Assembly (NCBI GenBank): GCA_020184695.1 | Contig: JAANOX010000253.1 | Location: 372,001 to 436,000, forward strand | Reading direction: 5' to 3' | DNA length: 64,000 nt | From: Histomonas meleagridis 2922-C6/04-290x | Lineage: Eukaryota > Protista > Parabasalia | Shown here: one piece after another, positions 12,476 to 24,676 of the stretch | Layout of the letters: each line of letters begins with the position of its first letter | How positions within the stretch are numbered: the stretch's first letter is position 1 | Made by a program: the position numbers and the translations under genes | Notes under the pieces: model-generated | Seen by the model: only the letters and a program-made list of their open reading frames with translations | Database searches by the model: none | What the model was told of the DNA's origin: nothing

Positions 12476-14701
12476 TTATAATTCACTCAATGTTTTTATA
12501 GGATCTTCACTATTAGAACATATATTTATATATTTATTATTAACATGATATATATAGGTGTTATCAATGTTTTTACCAATCCACTTATCAGCTGATTTAA
12601 TATATACTTCATTAAATATATGTTCAACCTTAAATTGCCCTAATTTATCACCAATGTATCCTAAGTCTTGCAATTTATTAAATCATCTTCAGATATTAAT
12701 AAAGAATCAACCTGTGAATAATATACATTTGATATTGAGCTTTTGATATAATTCATTTTATCGCTAAAGTTGTTTAGTACTGATCTTACAAATTGTGGAT
12801 AAGTAAAGTGTTCTCTATAAGGTTTTACTGTATATACGTAGTTATCTTCATCATATTTAATAACGTATGAAGCGTATTCTTCAATATATTTATCAACATT
12901 AGTCTTCAATTTCTTACTAAAATTAGGTGGTCTTCTTATAGATGTTCCCCAACAATCATTCATCATAAATATTAATGTAGTAACCAGCTTATTGTTGCCA
13001 ACCTTTTTAGCCTTCATTCTCATATTATACAATAAATCTATAAGTTGCTTTATTTTAGTATTTTCTCCTTTAAAAGCACCGTTATCATCTGGTTTACCTG
13101 TAGGTATTGATATTACAGATGACATATAAGCACCGTTTAGATCTATATAATAATATTTCCCAGTTAAATGTATTTGTTGCCATATAATTTTGAGAAATAT
13201 ACATTCATTACGTATTTTATTAGCAATATCATCTGATAACTCATATACACCTTTGAAACAACCATATTCATACATTATTTTTAACATTAAATCAGTATAT
13301 CTATAGTATTTGACAACATCTATTTTATGAGATGTATTTTTAGAAATATTTATATCTATCAAAGTTTGTAATTCATTTATTCTGTATTTTATTTCTTTAT
13401 CATCATCTAATTCATAACCAAATAACTTTTTGCCGTGTTACATTCTTTTAACAAATTTAGGTATAAACTTCTTATCAGGAATATTAATTAATCTATAGCT
13501 GTTATAGAGTTTATTTACAGTTTTATAGCTCCAGCATAAATTATTGTAAGTATTAATATTCATAGGTTTTAATAAGTTACATTGCTTCATAGTATTAATC
13601 AAATAATATATAGATATTGTTTTATCAGCATGTTCACCCGAAGGGTTCAAGCCAATAAATTGGCGTTCTATAGTATTATTTTTACTATAATTTTTAATAC
13701 TGTCAATAGATATATTAACACTTTCATTTAACATATAATGATTATATATAATTATTAATTTTATAGTTTTATCATATTCTTTTCCATAATCTCTGTGAGT
13801 AAAACCTTTATTAGCCATATATCTAATATTATGAATTTTTAATAAATCAGATATATATTTTAATTGTTCTAATGGAACTGTATTAGTATTTATAAATGAT
13901 CTTAACATATTAATTTCATTATCTGTAGTTAAATTACTTGCAATAAATGATTGTATCAAACAAGACTCATTGATGCGCTCATCGTTGGCGTCACTGAAAA
14001 TACCGTATTTTGTAAGATCTATGTCAGTAGTATTAATATATGGAAAGAATCCTGGATTAACTCTTCTACCGCCTTTCAAGGTTCTGAACTCGAATTTTAT
14101 GGATTCAATGTTATTGAAAGTTTCCAATGCTAAAGTATTACTGTCACTAATATTATTTTTTTTATTAATAATAGAATATAAGAAATTAACTGTATTCATA
14201 TTTTTAATTATAGTTAGATATATCATTATCATCACTAATTACAGTCATTCTAATATCTTTATTTATCTTAGCGCCAACTGCTTTTATAGCATGCATTAGT
14301 GCGTATAATATATCTCTTTTGTTGTCGTTATTATTATAAGTAAAATCTTTCTGAGTCATTAATTTTTTAATTGATTCTTTTATTATATTGTTAACGGTTT
14401 TATTCCGGTTTACAGGTTTCTCTACAGGTTCATCTTCAGATAATGCTATATTATAATAATCATCAAATGGATCGCTCTCTGAGCTTAAGCCACTGAAGTG
14501 GTGATCTTTATATATATTCACTACGTTTATTGTGTTTTATTTTATATTGTAATTGATTAACTGATAAACAATTTTATTAGTCATTTCATCATATACCTTA
14601 TAATAAGTTTTAGTATTAATATGTTGAAAATTGTCTGGTAGTGTATAACCATATTTATTGAACAATTCTATTACTTGTTTTGTTGTTAGCTTCTTTGGCA
14701 T
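12476..14701 (-). pseudogene. polB: Compact family-B DNA polymerase, fragmented
   Basis: Motif A YIDLNGAYMS, motif B FMMNDCWG, motif C YYSQVDS, LGQFKVE. Start MPKKLTT at 14701. Homolog at 58376-60652. Confidence 0.8.
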
Positions 14702-14778
14702 TATATTTATTAAAAAAAAAATAAATTTAAAAAATTATATTTACAAAAATATTTGACAATAGAGTTGTTTGTTTTTAT

Positions 14779-15913
14779 ATGGTTAAAATGTTAAATGCAT
14801 TAATAGATTATACAATTGGTTCATATGATAGCAATAGTTATAATAAAATTAATATTAATGTTCCAGGTCCATTTACACGAAAATGTAGTTTAGTAGTAAA
14901 TTCATTAACAACAAATTGTAATATTGTAGTTATTGAAGAAGATGATTATATTGTGGTTAATGATGTAATGTATTACTTTAAAAAATCATATTCAGATTTA
15001 AACTCACAATCTTTTGCTACAATATTAAACGAATTGATAATTAGTTATGGGATACAGGTTGAAGTTGATGAAACTAATAGATTATATTTTGCACATAGAG
15101 ATAATAATGATGAATTACCTTTTTATATAAATGGTAGTTATAATATATTACAATTAACAGGTTTATATAGCTGTAAAAATTTAGATTTCATAGCATCAGA
15201 CACTGAATACGTTTTACACAACAGACATTCTATAAAAAGTGATAGATTAATTATGGAAAAAGGTAGTGGTGATTGGTATATTAGGGAGGGTGATTGTTTA
15301 GCAATTAATAATAAAGTATATGAATATGAAGAAGGTGAGATTGTAGCATTTATTATGGATGATTATTTATCAATAATTAATAAACTTATTAAGGATTCAG
15401 GCGTCAGAGCATTTTATAATGAAATTGATAAGCATATAAATTTTATTATAATCGATATAAACAATGATAATGAATTTACTATTGATAAATATAGTAGTGA
15501 GAAAATATTATATGCTTTGGGTCTTAACATTGAAAATTTACCAATTAAATCTGTTGAAAACTATTGTTCAATACCACAAAATTGTATCAAAGCACCTGCT
15601 GTTGGAAACTATTTATCGACACCTGTATTATATTTATTAGCAAACATTGGTAAAAGTAGTTATAGAAATCTAAATGATAATATTAATATCTCAAAAATGA
15701 TACTTATAAATTAACAATAGTTTTAGTGCTAATTATCCAATTATTGTTAGTAATGCAGATTTTGAAGTAGAAATTAATACTAATAATGATTTATCACATT
15801 TAGAATTGAAATTAGTAGATGCCAATTTATATGAAATCCATTTATTAAATCTAATGTATATATGTTTTGCTGTTAAACCTATACCAGAGGGTGATATGTT
15901 ATTGACTGAGTGA
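14779..15913 (+). CDS. Putative minor capsid (penton) protein with internal duplicated insert; one frameshift near 15710
   Basis: C-terminus STPVLYLLANIG...INNSFSANYPII...LELKLVDANLYEIHL resembles Polinton single jelly-roll minor capsid proteins; homolog at 55680-56080. Confidence 0.55.
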
Positions 15914-15953
15914 TATGTTATTGACTGAGTGATACTATACCCTATTATTTAAG

Positions 15954-17096
15954 TTATTCTTTATCAAAATATTCCTTTTCAATATTACTCATTATTTGAG
16001 TAGTATTACCCCGTAAATAACTTACTGGTATAGTGTCTTTATAAGGTTTTTCGCCAGGGACTTTAAACAATTCGGTATATTTGTTTTTGGCCTTGTCATA
16101 ATCTAATATCTTAATAATTTCACCATTCCATTTACCTGGTATAGTGTTCGCAAATTTAGGTATATGTTTGTCTTTATTGTTAACAACAATTAATTGAACA
16201 CGAGGCTTAGTTATCACAGTTCCATCTTTAACAATTAGTGTATACATATTACCTTTACGATCATCAATTTTATACATATCTCTACTAATCTGATAACGTT
16301 TTTTATGAATTCCATCATGACGTGGTAATATATATCTAACATAAGAACCTACTGGAATAATTAAATTTTTTATTCTTTGTTGTTTTTCTGCTAATTTTAA
16401 GCATTTAAATATATACTCTTTTTGCAAGTCATTATCATTAAACATCTTATCTGGAGAACAACCTATAGCAGAATGATAACTGCTGTTGTAAGTGTTTATA
16501 AATTTATTCATCCTTTTTGGTGTTATGTAAGTATATTTTTCATCATGAGATTGATGTTTAGATTTCTCGTTTGGAGTATTCATATCACGTAATGTTCTTA
16601 TAAATCGATCTATAATACCTAAACTACTATGGTTTTTATCTGTAATAATATGCATACTAACATTATTATCAGTTAATAGTTTTACGTTATTTTTATCTAA
16701 GAAACCAGGCTCTTCATCAGATGTTAATATAACATAATGATATTTATTAATAAATTGTCCCAACGTGTGGTTGATGTCTTTAGCAGATTTGCTGCTCAAA
16801 AAATATACTACTACATATCTATTATTAGTTCCAATAAATATATGCCAATAACGTGGATTATGTTTTCCGTTATCGTATAGATCATGAGACCAATTATTAG
16901 GTCTGTTACTGAATATTTTTATCATATATGGTTTAATGTCTTTTCTTTTAATGAATATATCTTTTAAACGTTTCTTTATAACACTTTCAATTTGTTTGCT
17001 CTTAACGTTTAAATGCTTATTTTTTACATGTTTCTTTACATGCTAATAATTTTTAAAATGCGTCTTATCAATAGTATCATTTATAGATGTTTGCAT
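15954..17096 (-). pseudogene. rve integrase (381 codons, in-frame TAG at codon 18)
   Basis: WSHDLYD / TSDEE / SLGIIDRF; collinear with 3380-4539. Confidence 0.9.
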
Positions 17097-17136
17097 ATTT
17101 TTTATTACATATAATAGTTATTTTTCTATAATTAAA

Positions 17137-17631
17137 ATGGGATTAGGCAATATATTTGGAGGAATCCGTAAACTAATACAAGGAGGCGGTAGATTAGTTC
17201 GAAAAATAGTTGATAAAGGTAGAAAAATCTATGGTAAAATATCACCTATAGTAAAACGTGGTAGTGAAATCATTTCTAAGATACCTGGCGCTATACAGAC
17301 TATTAGAGGAAAGAAGCAACAAATAACAGATAAAATTGATCAATACGTTGATATGATACCTGATGGTAACCTCAAGGATAAAATTAGAGGTGCTGTTGAT
17401 AGAGGCAAGCAAATAGCAGATAGAGTTATAGATAGAGCACAACATGTTAGTAGTGATCAAGTGCAACCGTATGTAAATGCTGGTAAAAATATATATAATA
17501 AAATCAACGGTCAGCCAAAACCAGCTGTTATAACTCCAGTCGGAAATACTAGATCAGAAAGAATAGGTAATATTATTAAACAAATACCTAAAGAGTATCA
17601 GAAGCCAAAAGTTGATATGAGATTATTATAA
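17137..17631 (+). CDS. Amphipathic basic protein, adenovirus pVI-like membrane-lytic candidate (164 aa, intact)
   Basis: MGLGNIFGGIRKLIQGGGRLVRKIVDKGRKIYGKI has amphipathic periodicity and is conserved in copy A. Function is inferred. Confidence 0.7.
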   Translation: MGLGNIFGGIRKLIQGGGRLVRKIVDKGRKIYGKISPIVKRGSEIISKIPGAIQTIRGKKQQITDKIDQYVDMIPDGNLKDKIRGAVDRGKQIADRVIDRAQHVSSDQVQPYVNAGKNIYNKINGQPKPAVITPVGNTRSERIGNIIKQIPKEYQKPKVDMRLL

Positions 17632-17660
17632 AGCAATTTGCATATTTTATCTTTATATAA

Positions 17661-18321
17661 ATGTCTGAGACAGAAATTGAAGTGAGTGGAGTATCATCTG
17701 AAAATACTGAAACGTTGCCTAATGAAAAGACATCAAATGAATATGTGGAAGCATCATCAAATGATGCCGGGTCTAAAGACCTTAATTAAATTATGCAAAT
17801 ATCTAAAAAACAAGTCAAAGATTTAACACCATATGAAAAAGATATTATTATTAATAATGTTAAAAATAATATTGATAATGTATATTATGATGTTCAATTT
17901 TATAAAAATCATAATTATAGAATATTATTAAAAATAAAACCAAATCCATCTTTATCACAAAAATTTATTAAAACATCGAGCACAGATTGCGAGGTAGACA
18001 ATACCAATAATACTAAAAAAGTATATTTATATGAATATCAATTATTAATGTAACATATATTAGATTTATCTAGTAGATCTGATAAATTATTCAATAAGCA
18101 AAAAAAAACTAAAGCATAAATATCGCAAAATCAAAAATGATATATATGAAAATGTAGAATCATACGACGAAATTGATAATACATAAGATGATAACATTAA
18201 TGAAATTGATAGTAATAATATGTCTGATGACGTTAATAATAATAATATGTCTGATAACGTTAACAATAATTATATGTATAGATATAAACCAAGAGGCTGG
18301 AGATCTTTGTTAAATATATAA
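17661..18321 (+). pseudogene. Element hypothetical protein X, fragmented
   Basis: Homologous to 2210-2836. Confidence 0.75.
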
Positions 18322-18344
18322 GGGTTTTATTTTTATAAAACCGT

Positions 18345-19680
18345 ATGTCTAACAAAGCTATTAAGAACACAAATTAAAAAACATAAAAAGGCAAATAAAA
18401 ATATAACCAGAGATGATTTGATTAAGACTATCAACAAAAACAATAAATCTGTTGTAGCAAATATGAAACGTAAGATGTTGATAACTTATTATAAAAGACA
18501 TAATAAAATTAATGGCAAACCATTACCAAATGCTATGGTCCCTAGAATACCATTTTGGCCGCCAAATAGCAATACTAATAATACAAATCCTGTTGAAAAT
18601 AACAAATTAAAAAATGATTTATTGAAATCCCAACATGACTTCATATATATACAAAATGACTTACGTAATGCAAATCGCCAAAATGAATTATTACGTAATG
18701 AAAATAAAACATTGAAAGATAACGCTGGCAGAGCATTCAAAACATATGGAAAATATTAATTTAGCTAATGAAAACAATGAATTATCGAATGAGATCAATA
18801 TCAACAATTTAGTAGCACAACATCAAAAATTATTAGCACAAAATGTTCAACTGAAACATAATATTAATATAGCAAAACAATATATAAAAACTAATAATAT
18901 TAAACATTCTATTGATACTATTAATAAAGAAATTCAAAAGAATCAAAATACTTTAGATTATATACAAAGTAATATTGAATATTTAAATAGTTCAAAGATG
19001 TTGAAAATTCTATTAAAAATAATGAAAATATTAAGCATAAAATTAATATAGCAATCCAAGAGCAAAAAATTATTAAAGATAATTATGATAAAAGTATTGA
19101 ATTATTAAAGATAAAGGCACAAAATAAGCTATATAATAATGAGGTTAAGGATGACATTAAAAATGAGATAGAAAGGCAAGTTATTTTAGAAACTAATATT
19201 AATAATCAACGTGATAAGATTAACGAAAACAATATACGTGAAGAATTATTAAAAAACAAACGTAATAAAAACATTATGTTAAACTATGAAAACATTGAGT
19301 TAGAAGCAAATAATAAACATACTAATTCACTAATATTAAATTATGAGAGTAAAAAATTTATATCAGATAATGCTAATATTAATGCTAGAGTTAATGCCCA
19401 AAAACGGTTAAATGATATTAATAAAAATATTGTTAATGCACATGAAAAATCATTACTTGAGAAATATAAATATGATTGGTATGGTTCTCCAGAAAGTTGG
19501 GATTATCATAAGGAATCAGAAAGGAACATGAATTTGCAAGCTAAGATAGATAAAAAATTAGATATGGAACAAGAGCTACATAAAGATTGTAATAATAGAT
19601 TGAAATCACAGTTAGCGTTAAATGTTGTTAAAGAAAATGCACCAAATATCAATATATTAAAGATGCTATACAACAAGTAA
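18345..19680 (+). pseudogene. Coiled-coil element protein, fragmented
   Basis: Consecutive N/K/Q-rich ORFs; ELLRNE/ELLKNK motifs are shared with 1434-2105. Confidence 0.6.
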
Positions 19681-19730
19681 TTTTATCTGAAAATAATTTA
19701 GATAATGCTAATAAAAATTCAACATCAGAA

Positions 19731-19985
19731 ATGGATACTAAATCTAAATTGATTAATAATATTAACTACTCATTTAATAAACTACAACAATCAAATAACT
19801 TATGGAATAGTGATCATCCAGATAATATCAGAGACTTTGGTGTTGAATTTTATAATAACTATTCATTATATATTGAATATCGAACACCAGAAACTAGATT
19901 TAATATGACATCTGAAGACTTAGAAAATTTAGATAAAAATATCACTAATTTTATAGATGTATTATCACCAAAAAAACTTACATAA
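19731..19985 (+). CDS. Small hypothetical protein (84 aa)
   Basis: Open ORF between the coiled-coil and MCP genes; EDL motif also present at ~820 in copy A. Confidence 0.35.
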   Translation: MDTKSKLINNINYSFNKLQQSNNLWNSDHPDNIRDFGVEFYNNYSLYIEYRTPETRFNMTSEDLENLDKNITNFIDVLSPKKLT

Positions 19986-20025
19986 ATTGAATGTTCAGAT
20001 TTTAAACATATATTACATTATTTTT

Positions 20026-20688
20026 ATGACATATGAAATGTACGCTCCACAAAATCAACAACCTAATGTTATAGATGCTATGTCAGGCAATTTAGAAGAT
20101 TGGTATAATGCTATAGATGATAGTATAAAATTATCAGAAATTATACCTGGTGAATATGAATATACTACAGCTACTTCTTACGGAAATGTTGGTGATATTA
20201 ATGAAGGTGATACTACCTATGTTGATATTGCAACTGATAGATTTAAAATTATTAGTTTAGATAATTCATATATCACATTAAAACAACAAATAACTATTAA
20301 TATACCAGCACAAACCAATTGTTTATTTGGAGAATATTATATTGGTTATAAGTGTTCATGTGATGCTATAGATCAATATAAAATTTATAGTAATACTGAT
20401 AAAATACAAGATATACATAATGCTAGATATGAATGGTTTATGTTTTATAATAGTTTATCTGATGAAGCTAAGGCTGATATTGATTGTTTTGCTACGATAG
20501 ATAAGATAAGAAATCATGATCCAATGGTTCCTGGTATATATCTTGACGTATCAGAATTATATGCTGCTACTGATATTACTATAGAAATTCCTTTACGAAT
20601 TCCTTTGTCTTATTTCTTATTATTATTTAACATGAGATATTATCCAAATTGGGCTGGTAAATTATCAATAGGGTACTCTCCAACCTAA
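20026..20688 (+). pseudogene. Putative MCP, N-terminal part, truncated at 20671
   Basis: Collinear with 1-776 up to GKLSI; homology ends abruptly at gggtactctcc. Confidence 0.65.
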
Positions 20689-22049
20689 TGGGAGAATTTG
20701 AATACCTTGCTTTCAAAAAGTGAGGATACCTCTCAATTATGCGTGATTTTTTGAATACCATTGAAAAATTTCCATTCAAATTATTTTTGTGAGAAAATTT
20801 TCTATCTCAAATTTGATTTCGATGTTTTACATCTTTTGTCATGAAAATTTCTAAAAATCTATAAAATTTCATACAATAAATTGTGTTTACAGTCTTAATC
20901 ATCATTGTTCTATTTGTTTAATTATATATACGAAAAGAACAAAAAATAACAACATGATTGAGACATTTTTATGAGCAATGTAATTATTTTCTGCAAACAA
21001 TAATAAAATTTGTTTCTTTGAATCTTTATTGAATTATTTATCCACTAAACTTAATTTTTTTTTATTAATCATTTAACTAAATATAAAATATAAAAAAAAT
21101 TAATAAATTAACAAGTTAATTTATATTTATATGTTTATTATATAATAAGGCCAAACTAAAAACTTTTATCTGGTGCTTAATACACAAATGTATTATTCCG
21201 CCTTTTTGGTCTTCTTCTTGGTTTCTTATTCCCATTATTCGTGTATTTTTTTTCTCATTCTGTTGTTGTTCATTTTTATCACTTTGTTCTTTATTAGGTT
21301 GTTCAACTTTAACTTTATTGTTATTATTATTTTAGCTATAATTATTTTGTTTCCTATTTGGTCTTTCAACTTAACTTTACATTTATTATTATTTTGGTTA
21401 TTTTTCTTTTATTATTATCATTTATTCATTTCAATTAAATCCGCAATTTTGAAATCAAGTAAATCATCTTCTTCTTTATTATTTTTTTTTTTGATGTTTT
21501 GTTTATTATTATTCATCTTATTTAATATTATCGATTTTTTAGTATTATTTTTTATTATTTTGATTTTCCTTTCATTTTAGTTTTAATAATATTTTTATTA
21601 AATAAATACCTTTAATCAATTCCAATACATGAATCATTAAATATATACAAATAACAGTTTTTTCTATAATGATTTCATTACTTTGAAGTATTCAATAAAT
21701 ATTCTTTTCATTCACTTGAATTCGTCGAAATGAATAAATTTTATTATTATTAGAATTACTTATAAATATATAAAAATTTTGTTGTTGATATTTAATATTA
21801 TTGTTGCTATTATTATAATTATTACTATTGTTAATAGTATAAATACTATTTCCAACTTCTACTGATATTAATCATAAACGTTAATAAAATTTATTTTTAT
21901 TTTCTTTTAATTCATATAAATTTACTGAATAAATTAACATTTTATTTTTAATATTATTTAAATATTTAGTAATATTTTTACTTAATATTAATTCAGCAAA
22001 AGTTCGAATATTTTCTATTTTCTTTCAGCAAATATTTTATTGGATTTTG

Positions 22050-24300
22050 GTTCCACCAAATTTGTGAATTCATTTGCTTAATTAAGATATGTTAAATAAC
22101 ACATTGAAGATCATTTTATATTCGTATAATTTCATTTAAAAAATCTATGATTTTAGTGAAATATTTTTCTATTTTTTTCAAAACTTCTTAAAATTCTTGT
22201 TTTGGTAATGTCTATTTACCAAAAAAATATTCTATTATATAAAATATTTTCGTACTAATTAAATTCGTCGACTCTTTAATAATAAATCGTGGTTTCATAT
22301 GTCGCAAAATATCTTCTTTTAAATGTCGAAGTTGAATATGTTCAAATTTTTTGATTTTATATATATATAATAATATATTTGGATTATCATTCTCATTTAT
22401 CTCTTTCAGATTTTGAAGAATATTGAGAATCGTTAAATGTGATATTTTATTATAACTTGACATTTTACAATAATTCGTCGCTTCAACTTCATTATTTTTT
22501 TTAATTATATAATATTGACTAAGACTTAATTATTTTATATTACTTTAACAATAGGTTTAATGGTTTTATTATTATAATTAAGTGGATTCTTATTAAGGCG
22601 AAGTGAAAAATAATATCTGTTATATATATAAATTGCTTTCTTCCTTCTTTCTTGAATAGAAATTTCTTTTTAAATAATTCAGTTAAATGTATTAATAATG
22701 TCGATTCGATTGGGAATGATTCATTAATAAGCATTTTAAGAAATTCTAATTGCGTTTCTTCGTATAATATCATAAATGAAAAAAATACATATCATATCCA
22801 TAGCATCTTGATTTATGAATTGAAGTTCAGAAAGTACATATGTTTTTATATATTTCATATTCTTTATCATTAATATTCCGTACTTTTAATAATAACAAAA
22901 TGAGCTGAAATATTTAATGTATATGAATAATTAGATGTACATTTTATATAAATTAATTTCTCCGTTTTAAATAATTCTTTAATAATCTTTTTGTCTTTCT
23001 TAGGTGAATCTTAATGACAATTATCAATCCCAAATGTTAAGAAATATGATAATATATAATTTTAAATTTCTTTCAAGATTTTAATTAATTCGTCACTCGT
23101 CTTTATAAATTTTAATAAAGTTGTGTTGTGATGCGATTAAATCAATCACAGTGTAAATAGCTTTTTCTTAGATGGAACACAAATATAAGTGTCGATTTAC
23201 TTTCGGAATATTGTAAGATAGATCAGTAGGTGGTTTATTCATCGCTGCCATATGTGAATAATATTGAAGACCTGGAAATCCTTGAATAAATACCATTAAT
23301 GAAATAGTTCTCGTATAGTTATCAAAATTATATATATTTCGTTTATATATTCTCAATTATTGTCCAATATCAATCGGATTACTTGATGGTATAGATAATC
23401 CAATGATTCATATTTTATTATTTATCATCTTTTGAATTCGATAGATAATATTTTCAGAAATATGTTCATTTTCACTTCCAATTATTTCAAGTTCATCAAT
23501 GATTATTAATGATATATTAATTTTAATATTTTTACTCGTTGAATGATAGGAAAATGAATCCCATTTATTAACACTAAATATAATACGAAATTGTTCATAA
23601 TTTCTTTCAAGTTCATTAGCTAAATTAGAATAACGTTTCTCAAAATTCAATATATCTGTATTCTTTATACATATCTTGAAATGATAAAATATATATAATT
23701 TTTTTGTTATATCACTTTCTAATTCTTTACAAATAGCTATTTCTCTAACAATAATATGCCCCGTTTTATTTGAAGAACATAATAATATCTTTATTATGAT
23801 ATGTTTAAAAAAATTATTGTGCTTGAATTAAATTAAATTCTTTGATCGAAAATCGTTTTCATGTTTCTTCATTTTCAATAACTATAATCGGAAGTTTCTT
23901 AATTTTTGGATAATATAAATTTCTTCCGTTTTACGTTTTCTTCATTATCTTCAATTTTAAGTAAAAAAATGAATCGTTAACTCCTAAATATTTAATAGAT
24001 GCAATAGTAATTAAATATTCTTCTTTACTATGATTAGTAACATATGTTTTAATCTTTAACTCAACTTTAGGGAATCGTTTATGAATATTAATTTCTTATG
24101 AAGAATATATTTTACTTCCATCTGATAATATGTGAAATTTCAGTGTTTTTGGGTAAATTTGAATAAAATTTTTTTTTTTAAATAAAATTGTTTTAATTTT
24201 TTGGAAACATAAATGTCACATTTCTGTGCTTGTTTTAATTTATGTTTCAATAATTATTCTAACATTCACTCAAAATTATATATCGCTTTTCACTATTCTT
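22050..24300 (-). pseudogene. Ski2-like DExH helicase with Sec63 domains (Brr2/ASCC3/Slh1 type), heavily degenerate
   Basis: LIIIDELEIIG, IIGLS, VFIQGFPGLQYYSHMAAMNKP, NESFPIESTL, Sec63-like RFPKVEL and LRHLKED fragments lie in the expected order. Confidence 0.75.
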
Positions 24301-24319
24301 TGCATCCAAGAGATTAATA

Positions 24320-24676
24320 AAGTCCAACCCAAAAGGGTTGGGACAAACGATAGAAGATTTTTATCGTATCGTAAAGTATTTAATAAATTTTAATTAAAAT
24401 TTTTTATTTCCTCATCTCAAAATCACTCAAACTCAAAAATTAAAAACCGTATTTAATGCAGAAAAAGGTTTAACAGTGCGTCAAATTAGTAAAGAAGAAG
24501 ATGTTTCAAAATCTTCAGTCTCTCGAATTTTATTAAATATGAAAATTGGGGAACCTCACTCATTTTTCACTTAACATGTTACGAAGTATTCAATCTGCGT
24601 TCACGCTGTTGGGACAAAATTGAATACTTTTCTGTCAAAATCGAAAAAGGCTGTCCCAACCCTTTCGGGTTAGCTT
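24320..24676 (+). mobile_element. Internally deleted Tc1/mariner-like element (MITE-like) flanked by TA
   Basis: TIRs aagtccaacccaaaagggttgggaca / tgtcccaaccctttcgggttagctt, TA on both sides, and an internal HTH remnant GLTVRQISKEEDVSKSSVSRIL. Confidence 0.8.

Larger units (their letters stand above)
7000..20671 (+). mobile_element. Maverick/Polinton-like element copy B (13.7 kb, most complete; truncated within MCP)
   Basis: Fibre, penton-like 2, PolB, penton-like 1, integrase, pVI-like, X, coiled-coil and MCP genes in one compact array. Confidence 0.88.

Noticed and set aside
17043-17045. Stop-codon reassignment explaining in-frame TAG/TGA
   Set aside because: The stops are sporadic and align with different residues (Ser here, Trp at 63508), while intact ORFs end at TAA/TGA normally.
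21173-21580. 135-aa hydrophobic ORF as a membrane protein
   Set aside because: F/L/I-rich translation of the T-rich strand of low-complexity K/N-coding DNA; TTG/GTG-type start.
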